Notes under the pieces: generated by a model
Told to the model about the DNA's origin: nothing
The model's input: only the letters and a program-made list of their open reading frames with translations
Databases searched by the model: none
Shown: positions 19,497 through 28,278 of the stretch, one piece after another
Numbering within the stretch: position 1 is the first letter of the stretch
How the letters are laid out: each line of letters opens with the position of its first letter
Assembly (NCBI GenBank): GCA_037444485.1
Contig: JBBIMI010000001.1
Span: 15,526-79,525 of the forward strand
From: Candidatus Micrarchaeota archaeon
Lineage (GTDB): Archaea; Micrarchaeota; Micrarchaeia; Norongarragalinales; Norongarragalinaceae
Direction: 5' to 3'
Length of the DNA: 64,000 nucleotides
Translations under genes and position numbers: made by a program

Positions 19497-19994
19497 CTAT
19501 TTTTGCTGGTTTTGTTGGTTTTGACCTTGTTTTTGCTTGAATCTCCACGTGTTTACGAGTGAAGTCCACTCGCTGCCGACGTGCTTCAACGCTTCCCCAA
19601 ACCGGTTTGAAACAGAAAGCAGCATTTGATGCCGCTCGTCTTTAGTGCTTTGGCCGGACGGGTTTCGCCTGCTTCTGGCAAGCATTCCAACGCGCACGAG
19701 TTTGGGAATCACTAGATTTCGCAGCGTTGAGTTCGCAACCCCGTTTTCAAGCATCCACGCATTCAATTCCTGCCCTGAAACGCCTTCCCGCGTGCTTAAA
19801 AAATCTATGAGTTTCACCGCGATTTCGTATTGTTTTTTCTGTAGGTCTGGAGGGAATACTAGAGCTAGAACGTCTTTTGCTTCCCAACGCGCTTCCAAAC
19901 TCATTGGAAGATCATCGTAAACGAATTTCAACGCGGTTTTTGAAGGAATTCCTCTAGAGAAAGGTGTTTTCAACGATTCTGAAACGCGCTGCAT
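19497..19994 (-). CDS. Hypothetical protein.
   Basis: 165-aa ORF with no recognisable motif and a Q/N-rich C-terminal tail. Confidence 0.35.
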   Translation of the reverse strand: MQRVSESLKTPFSRGIPSKTALKFVYDDLPMSLEARWEAKDVLALVFPPDLQKKQYEIAVKLIDFLSTREGVSGQELNAWMLENGVANSTLRNLVIPKLVRVGMLARSRRNPSGQSTKDERHQMLLSVSNRFGEALKHVGSEWTSLVNTWRFKQKQGQNQQNQQK

Positions 19995-20656
19995 TTTTCA
20001 CCAATTCCTTGAACACTAAACACCATGATGGTGGGCGGCATGATAACGAAAAACAAGAAAACAATTCAAGTATTTAAATATTGTTATGGTATATAAAAAA
20101 TTGTGGAAGGCTGGTTTTCGCGTTTTTTTACCCTCTAAGAGCGCGAGAGGTTACTCAAGCCGCCCAAAAACACGCTACAATACCGTAACGATGTAACGTA
20201 GCGTTTATGCGGATGCACTAACTCGTTATCGTTATAGTGTATTTATTTCCTGTAAAACGATTAGTGGAAGTTAATACTAATTCAATATAATTCCAGTAAT
20301 CGCACGATTTTTGTTTTCCTGTTTTCGAAACAATCGAATTCAAAAGAATTCAAAACAATTCCAGAATTCTTGCAGGTGCGACTCCAAAAAATTGGTTTAG
20401 AGAAATGAATGCAATCGAATGCGCGCACGTGAACCGGCACAAGAATCAGCAGAACCAGCACGTGAACCAAATAACAACTGGCAGAAAAACAAGAGAGAAA
20501 ACACGAAAAAGAAAACACGAAAAAAGAAGAAATCGGAATCAAGAATTAAGAAAATTGAAGCCTAGCCCAAAACAAAAAACAAGAAAATAGAAAAACAAAA
20601 CAGAAAATAGAAAAACAAAAAACAAAAATTAGTTCATACCGCGATGAACTTATTCG

Positions 20657-20950
20657 TTACTCGATGTATTTTTGGTGTTTTAGCGAAAATAATCGCAATG
20701 GCTCGCTTTTTCGTGGTTTTATTTCAAGTAAAACGTTGGAAGTGCGCTTAGTTTTCGAAAAAGCAATTTTACGATTTTTTTTGAAGAAATCAAGAAGAAG
20801 ATGGAACGCTTCAGCGACGCTAGTCGCCTTTTCGTTATTCGCTTGAAGTTCGCCGGCCAAAGCATGGATTTTAGGAAAATCCTCTTCAAAAATTCGAATC
20901 AAACGTGTTTTTTTCTTTGCCTTTTGAGCCAATCCTCTTTTTTTCGCCAT
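20657..20950 (-). CDS. Small basic hypothetical protein, lone gene inside an AT-rich island.
   Basis: 97 aa with a K/R-rich N-terminus (MAKKRGLAQKAKKKTRL). Flanked by more than 600 bp of AT-rich non-coding DNA on each side. Confidence 0.4.
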   Translation of the reverse strand: MAKKRGLAQKAKKKTRLIRIFEEDFPKIHALAGELQANNEKATSVAEAFHLLLDFFKKNRKIAFSKTKRTSNVLLEIKPRKSEPLRLFSLKHQKYIE

Positions 20951-21662
20951 TCAAACCACCATTTATATATTTACAAGATTAACATTTTAAATAAAGTAGA
21001 TTTTGTTTATAAATTTATCTCTTATTAAGTGTTTTTTTATTTTATATTAATAAAATATAACTTTGTTGATGATGTAAATAAAATTTACAAAAATTAATGA
21101 ATAATGGGTTAGAGAGAGTTCTATTGCTTTTGTTGTGATCGTATGGTTTTGTGCGTGAGTAGTTTGCGTAGATTTTAAATTAAATAATTAAATTAAATAA
21201 TGTATTTTAGGGATTAAACTGCCTACTATGCAATTTTTCAAGTTGTTTTCCAAAAGTTTTTCAAAAAAATGCTTCGAATTGTGGCTATACCATAAATTAT
21301 GAATTTTAGAAAAAATTGTTGAAAAAATCGCTGATTTAAAAAATACGTAGCCGCATTCGTATTGCTGTGTTTGAAAACAAAAGTTTTATCCAACATTTTG
21401 CATTAAAAATAATTCGAATTGAGAAAACTGTGAGAAAACTAGCTAAACCCAGAAAATAAACCCAGAAAACTGCCTATTTTATTTTATTGTTATTTTGTTG
21501 TTTTTGTTGTTTTCGAGTTTAGGCAAAAGAATGCGTTCGAAATTCACTGAAATTAAATGAAAATAAATGAAAAATTAATGGAAGTTGGGTCGGCGAGCGT
21601 TTAAATGCAGTTCTGCACACTGTATTCCTCATGGTGTATTTTTCATGGAATTAGGTCTTTTC

Positions 21663-24428
21663 ATGGAATTAGGTCTGCGTCCAGAGGTAATGCGCCTCGT
21701 CAAAGCAAAAGGCTTCACCGAATGGACTGAAATTCAGGAAAAAGCGATTCCACTCGTGCTTGAAGGAAAAAATATTCTAGCAATAGCCCCAACTGGTTTT
21801 GGTAAAAGCGAAGTGGCTTTCTTAAGCATCTTGTCAAAAATCCTCGACGCACACGATGCAGGCGACAAACGCGGAATTAAAGCACTATACATTACTCCGT
21901 TGCGTGCTTTAAACCGGGATTTGATGGAACGCTTATTGTTTTGGACGCGCGTGCTCGGAATTTCGCTTGCTGTACGCCACGGCGACACTAGTGCGAGCGA
22001 GCGGGTAAAACAACGCGAGCAACCAGCAGAGCTTTTCATCACCACACCTGAAACTCTTCAATCAATGCTCGTAGCACCTAAACTCAAAGACGCGCTCTCC
22101 AACGTCAAGTTCGTAGTAATTGATGAAGTTCACGAACTCGTCGAAAGCAAGAGGGGTTTACAGCTCGAACTCGGACTTGAACGCTTGAGAGAAAAAGCAC
22201 CGAGTTTTCAGACGATTGGGTTAAGCGCGACTATAGGCGACGAAAAGGAAGCTGCGCGCTTCGTTGCACGCAACGCGATAGTCGTGAAATCTAGTGTTGA
22301 ACGCGGGTTGAAGGCAGGCGTCGAGTGCCCGGCGCAGCCGAAAACCGATGAGCTTGAAGAGTTGGGCGTAAGCAAGGAATCGCGGGCGAAACTCGAACGC
22401 GTTATGGATTTGATTGAAACACACTCGCGCACGCTATTGTTCGTAAATACGAGGTACGTCGCTGAATCACTTGGCAGCCTGTTGTTTGAAACGCGTTTGA
22501 AGGACGAGATTGCAGTCCACCACTCGTCGCTTTCGAGGGAAGCCAGGCTCGAGACGGAGAAAGAATTCAAGTCTTTCGGTGGAAAGCTGAAGACAATAAT
22601 ATGTACGAGCTCTCTCGAACTCGGCATCGATGTTGGAAGCATTGATTTAGTGATTCAATTCGTTTCCCCCAGGCAAGTGACGCGTTTTCTGCAACGCGTC
22701 GGGCGAAGCGGTCACAGCAAGCACTTGACACCCAAGGGTATTGTAATCGCTAACGACGCGCTCGACTGCTTCGAAAGCGCGGTCATCGTTTCCCGCGCGA
22801 AGAAAGGCTTGCTTGAACATCTTGAAATCCGTAAGAACGCGTTGGACGTCGTTGCACACCAGGCTGCTGGACTCGCGTTGGACTTCGAACAACTTACTGT
22901 CGATAAAGCTTTTTCGTTAATCAAACGCGCGCGTTCGTTCGAAACGCTTTCCATGCAGGAATTCATCGAAGTTTTAAAGCAGGCGAGCGACGCTGGAAAC
23001 ATTTCTTTCGACGGAACGCGTTTTTCAGCGAACAAGAAAACCAGGTTGTATTACTACGAAAACTTGTCGACGATCCGCGACGTGAGAAAGTACTTCGTGA
23101 AAGACGCGGACAAGCGTAAGAACGTCGGCGTTCTAGACGAAGACTTCGTTAACGAATACCTTTATCAGAATGCTACTTTCATCGCAAGCGGTAGAGCTTG
23201 GCGCGTACTAAGCATTTCAGACGATGAAGTAGTGGTTGAAGCAACTCGCGACTTTGGAGCCGCGATTCCGGATTGGGTTGGTGAAGAAATCCCGGTAACG
23301 CGCGAAGTCGCCGAACAAACAAGCGAACTCATCGCGGAACTAGGCAATGCGAAAGAAAGTGAAGAACTAGCGCAAGAACTTTCTTGTTCGCAAGACGCAT
23401 TGAAGAAAATGATTGAATTCGCGCGGGAACAAAAAAAATTCTTCGAATCAAAGGCCGGTGAGATAACAATTGAAACCAACAAAAACTTTGCAGTCGTGCA
23501 CTGTTTCGCTGGCACGAAAGCAAACGAAACTCTTTCCCGCGCGCTCGGCGCACTGCTTACCGCAAGCCTCGGCGCCAGCGTGCGAAGCAAAGCAAGCGCG
23601 TACGGCTTTCTCTTGGAATTCCCGAAAAACGTGGACGGTGAGAAACTCAAGCAAGCGCTGCAAGAATTGAGTGGACGCAGCCTGCGGGCTATTCTTGAAA
23701 ACGCGTTGCCGCACTCGACGCTCTTCCGCCACAAGTTCGTGGGCGTCGCGAAAGCGTTCGGAGTGCTGCGTAAGGACAGCGAGTTGGGCGGCTTCGGCGT
23801 GCGCCGGCTCGTTGAAGCGTTGTGGGGCACGCCGGTATTCAAGGAAGCGTTGGAAGAAACTTTCTTCGACAAACTAGACCTGCAGACAGCTGCCGAAGCT
23901 TTGGGACAAAAAATCTCGTTGATTCAAGGCCGTGGCGAGTGGTCGCCTCTTGCCAAGCAGTTCTTCAACTACGGTGCTTTCAGCGAATTGATGGTTCCAG
24001 CAGAGCCGAATTCTCAAGTAGTCCAAGCATTCAAGCAAGAACTCTTGGAAAAACGCGTCCGCTTGTTGTGCGCTTACTGCGGCAAGAAATTCGGGCGCAC
24101 GCTCAGCGACGACCGCGTGCTTGCGTGCCCGTACTGTAAATCAACGCAGTTGACTCTAGAGGAATACGGTGAAGTGCTCGAGAAGAAAAAAAGGAAACGA
24201 GAATTAAGCGAAGAAGAAAAACGCGGGTTGCGTGAAGCCAAACGCGTAGTTTCGCTAATCGCAGCGTACGGAAAACGCGCGTTGCTGGCGCTTGAAACGT
24301 TTGGCGTCGGACCCAAGAGCGCGTCGCGCGTTCTAGCGAGGCTTCATAAGACCGACGACGAGTTTTACGCGGACTTGCTGGAATCTCAAAAAAAGTTTAT
24401 TAAAACAAGGCGGTTCTGGCGGTTGTGA
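21663..24428 (+). CDS. lhr: Lhr-type superfamily-2 DEVH-box helicase with a C-terminal C4 zinc ribbon.
   Basis: Walker A APTGFGKS, DEVHEL, SATIGD, HHSSLSREARLETE..., QRVGRSGH. C-terminal CAYCGKK...CPYCKS. A tandem 18-bp duplication leaves the start ambiguous between ATG 21645 and 21663. Confidence 0.75.
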   Translation: MELGLRPEVMRLVKAKGFTEWTEIQEKAIPLVLEGKNILAIAPTGFGKSEVAFLSILSKILDAHDAGDKRGIKALYITPLRALNRDLMERLLFWTRVLGISLAVRHGDTSASERVKQREQPAELFITTPETLQSMLVAPKLKDALSNVKFVVIDEVHELVESKRGLQLELGLERLREKAPSFQTIGLSATIGDEKEAARFVARNAIVVKSSVERGLKAGVECPAQPKTDELEELGVSKESRAKLERVMDLIETHSRTLLFVNTRYVAESLGSLLFETRLKDEIAVHHSSLSREARLETEKEFKSFGGKLKTIICTSSLELGIDVGSIDLVIQFVSPRQVTRFLQRVGRSGHSKHLTPKGIVIANDALDCFESAVIVSRAKKGLLEHLEIRKNALDVVAHQAAGLALDFEQLTVDKAFSLIKRARSFETLSMQEFIEVLKQASDAGNISFDGTRFSANKKTRLYYYENLSTIRDVRKYFVKDADKRKNVGVLDEDFVNEYLYQNATFIASGRAWRVLSISDDEVVVEATRDFGAAIPDWVGEEIPVTREVAEQTSELIAELGNAKESEELAQELSCSQDALKKMIEFAREQKKFFESKAGEITIETNKNFAVVHCFAGTKANETLSRALGALLTASLGASVRSKASAYGFLLEFPKNVDGEKLKQALQELSGRSLRAILENALPHSTLFRHKFVGVAKAFGVLRKDSELGGFGVRRLVEALWGTPVFKEALEETFFDKLDLQTAAEALGQKISLIQGRGEWSPLAKQFFNYGAFSELMVPAEPNSQVVQAFKQELLEKRVRLLCAYCGKKFGRTLSDDRVLACPYCKSTQLTLEEYGEVLEKKKRKRELSEEEKRGLREAKRVVSLIAAYGKRALLALETFGVGPKSASRVLARLHKTDDEFYADLLESQKKFIKTRRFWRL

Positions 24429-24586
24429 TTCTTGCTGTTGTAACTGTTAACTGCAAGCTCCGAAATTCTTTTTCCGCTTTCGCTGGCGCGGCGGCTCGCA
24501 AGTTTCAACGAATTCGTAATTTTCTTCGCTCGGCGGCTCGCGTTCTTCCAACTTTTTCTTGCGCACTTCAACTATTTTCGGCTTCG

Positions 24587-25057
24587 TCAACCCACTACCC
24601 TCGGTTTTCTGGTGATTACTGTTTCATTCAACGCGTTCGGGTGCATCGCAAAATAATCAGCTGCTTCCTTGTTTAACGCGTCGTTCGGATTCGGTTTTTC
24701 GAGTAATTGCTTTAACGCTTTTACTAGGCTCACTAGCGTCGTGCCTTCACTCCACTCGTTTAAAAGCTGAATGCATACTTTTCCGTCTTCGCTGCGAATG
24801 TTCGGGTGAAAGATTGGAGTCAACCAAGTGACTTCGATTCCGCCAGCGTAAGGGTATTCGCGCTTCAAATCGATTTGAATAGAGTGCGACTCGCGTTTTT
24901 GTAGCGAGTCCCCGTTCTTAAACAAGCTGACGCCGCGCAAGCTTATTACGTAACTCGTCTTCGACTCGTTAACCTCAAAATTTTCTTTGCTGGCAACCAT
25001 TTGTTGAAACTCGCTTTCAAGCCTGCGTCTCCAAATCGCTTCAGGAAGCATTGGCAT
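24587..25057 (-). CDS. Ubiquitin-conjugating enzyme (E2, UBC fold)-like protein.
   Basis: FHPNIRSEDGKVCIQLLNEWSEGTTLVSLVKALKQLLEKPNPNDALNKEAADYF fits the E2 HPN motif, catalytic Cys and PNP..P.N.EAA signature. Confidence 0.75.
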   Translation of the reverse strand: MPMLPEAIWRRRLESEFQQMVASKENFEVNESKTSYVISLRGVSLFKNGDSLQKRESHSIQIDLKREYPYAGGIEVTWLTPIFHPNIRSEDGKVCIQLLNEWSEGTTLVSLVKALKQLLEKPNPNDALNKEAADYFAMHPNALNETVITRKPRVVG

Positions 25058-25095
25058 TACAGACTACCTCGAAAAAACAGTTGAATGATTTGACT

Positions 25096-25359
25096 TCAAC
25101 CGCCAGTCGGATCAGGCATCAACAGCAAACGACTCCCTTCCTTTAAACCAGCGTCTGCCACCGTAATTTCAGGATTCAAAACCTTATCATCAACAGTAGA
25201 TAAAACAAAACGGTCTTTTAATTGAAGGTTTTCAGCGAGCACTTCCAAAACAGAGCTGATTGTGAAGCCCGGCTCTACCGCAACAACTATTTCCTTCCCG
25301 CTCGTGGTATGCGTTACTGTAATGTTGAATTCTTTCGAAGGCGAACTTTCCGATTCCAT
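25096..25359 (-). CDS. Ubiquitin-like beta-grasp modifier ending in a free Gly-Gly.
   Basis: 87 aa. FNITVTHTTSGKEIVVAVEPGFTISSVLEVLAENLQL...LKEGSRLLLMPDPTGG* aligns in pattern with ubiquitin and terminates in GG-stop. Confidence 0.6.
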   Translation of the reverse strand: MESESSPSKEFNITVTHTTSGKEIVVAVEPGFTISSVLEVLAENLQLKDRFVLSTVDDKVLNPEITVADAGLKEGSRLLLMPDPTGG

Positions 25360-25459
25360 GCAAAAACCACCTCAATTAAAGCACGTTAGTTAAAGCAAAA
25401 GATATTTGAACACAATATAATAATAAGTGTTGCGGTGAACAAAAGAGGTTTTTAAACCC

Positions 25460-25936
25460 GTGAATGAAGAAAAGAAAAAACCAAAGACAATAAGTGAGAA
25501 AGACGCGGTTCAAGAAGCTGGCGTTAAAGAAACCGTTGAAGAAGAAAGCAAGGAAACCGCTGAATCTAAAAACGAAAACACTAAAGAGGCGGAAAAACAA
25601 CTAGTGGAAACAAGTGAAACGAGTAAAACAAGCGAAAAAGAAGAGAAGAAGCCTAGAGTGAAAGTCGTTGTAGAACCAGTTTTCGGCGAACGCGGAACAA
25701 AACCCGTCATAACCGTCACTAGCGAGAAACCGCGTTTAGTGCGTGAAGTAGAAGAACAAGCTGCTCGAGACGTTCTGCCAACACAATCTCCGCCGGGCAC
25801 GCCGTTAGAAGCGCGGAAACCCTTGACGCGTGAAGAAGTAGTTGAGAAAGCGAAACAGGTTTGGGAAGAGAACAAGCGGAAAAAAAGTGAAGGTAAGTTC
25901 TTCAACCGCTTAAAACGCGCGTTGAAACTCGGTTAA
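25460..25936 (+). CDS. Highly charged (E/K-rich), probably disordered protein upstream of the JAMM gene.
   Basis: 158-aa ORF. Low-complexity KETAESKNENTKEAEKQ is followed by a short conserved-looking PVFGERGTKPVITV segment. Confidence 0.35.
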   Translation: MNEEKKKPKTISEKDAVQEAGVKETVEEESKETAESKNENTKEAEKQLVETSETSKTSEKEEKKPRVKVVVEPVFGERGTKPVITVTSEKPRLVREVEEQAARDVLPTQSPPGTPLEARKPLTREEVVEKAKQVWEENKRKKSEGKFFNRLKRALKLG

Positions 25937-25955
25937 AGTTGTTTAAAGCGGTGAA

Positions 25956-26417
25956 TTGATGTTCGAGGTTTACGTTCACGAGAAAGTCTTAAAGAAAGCT
26001 GAAAAACACTGCGCACGCGAAGCAGAGAGAGGACTAGAAGCGATGGGTTTGCTTTTGGGAAACGCGTTCACGCACAAGGGCCGTGAGTACGTTGTAGTCG
26101 AAGACTATTCCACTGGCGAGAATGAAGCAACAAGCGTTTCGGTGCGCTTTACGAAGAAAGCGTTTTCTAAACTCGCGAAAGACTTCGAGGAAGGTGGACG
26201 CATAATCGTTGGTTGGAGCCACGCACACCCGTCTTACGGTTGCTTCCTCTCAGCAACAGACTTGAAGACTCAAAACAATTACTTTAACGAAGATTTCCAC
26301 GTCGCGCTCGTCATAGACCCAACGCACAAAACGTCGAACGGTTTTGAAAAAAAGTTTTTCAAACTCTGCGCTGAAGGCTACCGCGAAGCTTCCTACGCGG
26401 TAATCAAAGAAAAGTGA
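25956..26417 (+). CDS. JAMM/MPN+ metalloprotease (Rpn11-like isopeptidase).
   Basis: EAMGLLLG ... VGWSHAHPSYGCFLSATD gives the E-x(n)-H-x-H-x7-S-x2-D JAMM motif. Confidence 0.8.
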   Translation: MMFEVYVHEKVLKKAEKHCAREAERGLEAMGLLLGNAFTHKGREYVVVEDYSTGENEATSVSVRFTKKAFSKLAKDFEEGGRIIVGWSHAHPSYGCFLSATDLKTQNNYFNEDFHVALVIDPTHKTSNGFEKKFFKLCAEGYREASYAVIKEK

Positions 26418-27427
26418 AAAAAATGCTTGGACAAAGCGAGACGCAGGAAAAAAACGCGAACGCACCCGCTGCTGCTGGCGCGTCAGCCGCAACTCCAGCG
26501 GCGAAGACGACAGTAAAGACAATGGTGGAGACGCGCAGAAAGAAAGCAGTCGTAAAGAAAACCGCGATTAAGATAACTAAGTTTGATAAAGCGCTCGCGC
26601 AACAAATAATTTTAGGCGAAACTAACCTAAAGAAAATCCAGGAAAAAATGCGTGTCGACGAAAAACAATTTTTTGAACGCGTGAAGAAACTAGGCGACGC
26701 TGGTTACATTGTTATTAATGAATCAAGGGAAGCCTGGTTTGGAATAAAAGGCTTTGAAGCCTTCGCCAACCAATTCAAGAAACTTGCGTCTACGCCGACG
26801 CCGAAATCCCGCGCGCGACTGGAAGAAACGCCCTCCGCGGCGCAAGCACCGCAAGCGCAGCAGACGCCAGCGCAGCAAGCGCAGCAGACGCAACAAACGC
26901 AGTCTCCCTTCACACAGCCCACGGTTCCGCCTGCGTTAGACCCTAGGCAAACTTTTCTTGCTGAAGCGACTGCAAAAGAAAAAGATGAGGTCAACGTCGA
27001 CTTGAGCGAATTGCTTAAAAAAGGTGCTCCTAAACCAAGCGACTCGATTTTCGTAAAACGCCAAAACGAAAAATCTTCTAGAGTGCTCTCTCGCGCGTTT
27101 GAAACAATTAAAACCAAGGATCCTGCAAAAGTCTCGACTGCAGGAGAATTAATTGAAGCGATTAAGAAAAGTAAGCCGAGCAGAGAGGCGTTGATGGTTG
27201 ACGGCGGCGAGGCTTGCGAATTGTGTAAAGCAAATTTTAAACTCGCTGTTGCAGGAGACGGCAACCCAAAGTACGGCCACTGCTTCTGCGGAGCAGCCTA
27301 CCATAAAGACTGTTACGAGTCCCTCGCAGGCAACAGCGGAAAATGCGTGCGCTGCGGCAAGAAACTCAAACTCGAGTTAAGCAAACAAAGCGAAGAAGCG
27401 GTTAAAGAAATAAAGGAATTATTCTGA
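26414..27427 (+). CDS. C4HC3 RING-like (treble-clef) zinc-finger protein and candidate E3. It has an N-terminal alpha-helical domain and a Q/A/P-rich linker.
   Basis: C-terminal C-x2-C-x17-H-C-x-C-x4-H-x2-C-x10-C-x2-C (CELCKANF...GHCFCGAAYHKDCYESLAGNSGKCVRCGK). The start overlaps the JAMM stop (GTG 26414 or ATG 26423). Confidence 0.55.
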   Translation: MKKMLGQSETQEKNANAPAAAGASAATPAAKTTVKTMVETRRKKAVVKKTAIKITKFDKALAQQIILGETNLKKIQEKMRVDEKQFFERVKKLGDAGYIVINESREAWFGIKGFEAFANQFKKLASTPTPKSRARLEETPSAAQAPQAQQTPAQQAQQTQQTQSPFTQPTVPPALDPRQTFLAEATAKEKDEVNVDLSELLKKGAPKPSDSIFVKRQNEKSSRVLSRAFETIKTKDPAKVSTAGELIEAIKKSKPSREALMVDGGEACELCKANFKLAVAGDGNPKYGHCFCGAAYHKDCYESLAGNSGKCVRCGKKLKLELSKQSEEAVKEIKELF

Positions 27428-27465
27428 GAAAGCGTGAAGTACCCTAAAATACTGGGTTCCGACTT

Positions 27466-28227
27466 TCAATGCACTGGGCAACTAACGCGTTTCGGAACTT
27501 CAAACAACCGTGCAGTCGACTTCAAACCGTCCAGAAAGAGGAACTTGCCTGCAAGCGTTTTCTCGCCGAAAGAATCACTGTGCACGAGCTTCAAAAACTC
27601 GTTCACTTGAATTCCTGCAACAACGCTCGTCGTCGTCGGAAGCGCCGGATTCTTTGGGTTAATCCAATCAACTAACTCTCCCACACAATTGTACTTTTGC
27701 CACAAAAGCTTGTAATCGCTTTTACTCAACCCGCACTCGAGACACGAAGAAGGAGCGCGCACTACTTGCACTTTCCCGAAAAACCCGGTTGTTCCCCCGT
27801 CAATCAAAGGAATCTTGCTGTAACACTGGGCGTTCAAATGCAGTCTCGCACCCAAGTTGTCGAGACAACCGAAAGCGTAATCGAAATTTTCGTAAAAATC
27901 TTCAGGAAGTTCTTCAATCTTCTCAGTGAAAACGCGTACCTCGGCAGTCGGATTGATTCTTGCAGCTTCGCGTTTTACCACATCAACCTTCGGCAAGCCC
28001 ACGTCTCCCTCGCTAAAGAAAACACAGCGATTCAAGTTCGCTTTCACAATCGAATCGAAGTCTACAAGCGAAATGTTTTTTACGCCGAGTTGAAGCAAGA
28101 GCTTGACGACTTCATTTCCAAGCGCGCCAGCGCCGACTACAAGCACGCGCGCCTCCGCGACTTCAGTCTGCCTCCAACCCTTCACGCGCTTTTGCCTATC
28201 GTGAACGTCCTCATCAATCGCAACCAT
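27466..28227 (-). CDS. E1-like ubiquitin/Ubl-activating enzyme (ThiF/MoeB/UBA family) with a zinc site.
   Basis: VLVVGAGALGNEV Rossmann motif, GCLDNLGARLHLNAQC catalytic segment, CLECG...CPVH zinc ligands. Confidence 0.75.
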   Translation of the reverse strand: MVAIDEDVHDRQKRVKGWRQTEVAEARVLVVGAGALGNEVVKLLLQLGVKNISLVDFDSIVKANLNRCVFFSEGDVGLPKVDVVKREAARINPTAEVRVFTEKIEELPEDFYENFDYAFGCLDNLGARLHLNAQCYSKIPLIDGGTTGFFGKVQVVRAPSSCLECGLSKSDYKLLWQKYNCVGELVDWINPKNPALPTTTSVVAGIQVNEFLKLVHSDSFGEKTLAGKFLFLDGLKSTARLFEVPKRVSCPVH

Positions 28228-28278
28228 AATGCTATTTTTAACAATCGTTCTTTAAAACAATATTAGGGAAACAAAAAA

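Noticed and set aside
20282-20590. ORFs 20282..20542 (-) and 20405..20590 (+) in the AT-rich island
   Set aside because: The translations are pure low complexity (poly-K/R/N/Q or hydrophobic runs) produced by A-rich repeats. They are not coding-like.
22208-23872. Several 70-235-aa minus-strand ORFs inside the Lhr helicase gene
   Set aside because: They are antisense shadow ORFs with Ser/Ala/Arg-rich composition. The helicase motifs are all in the plus frame.
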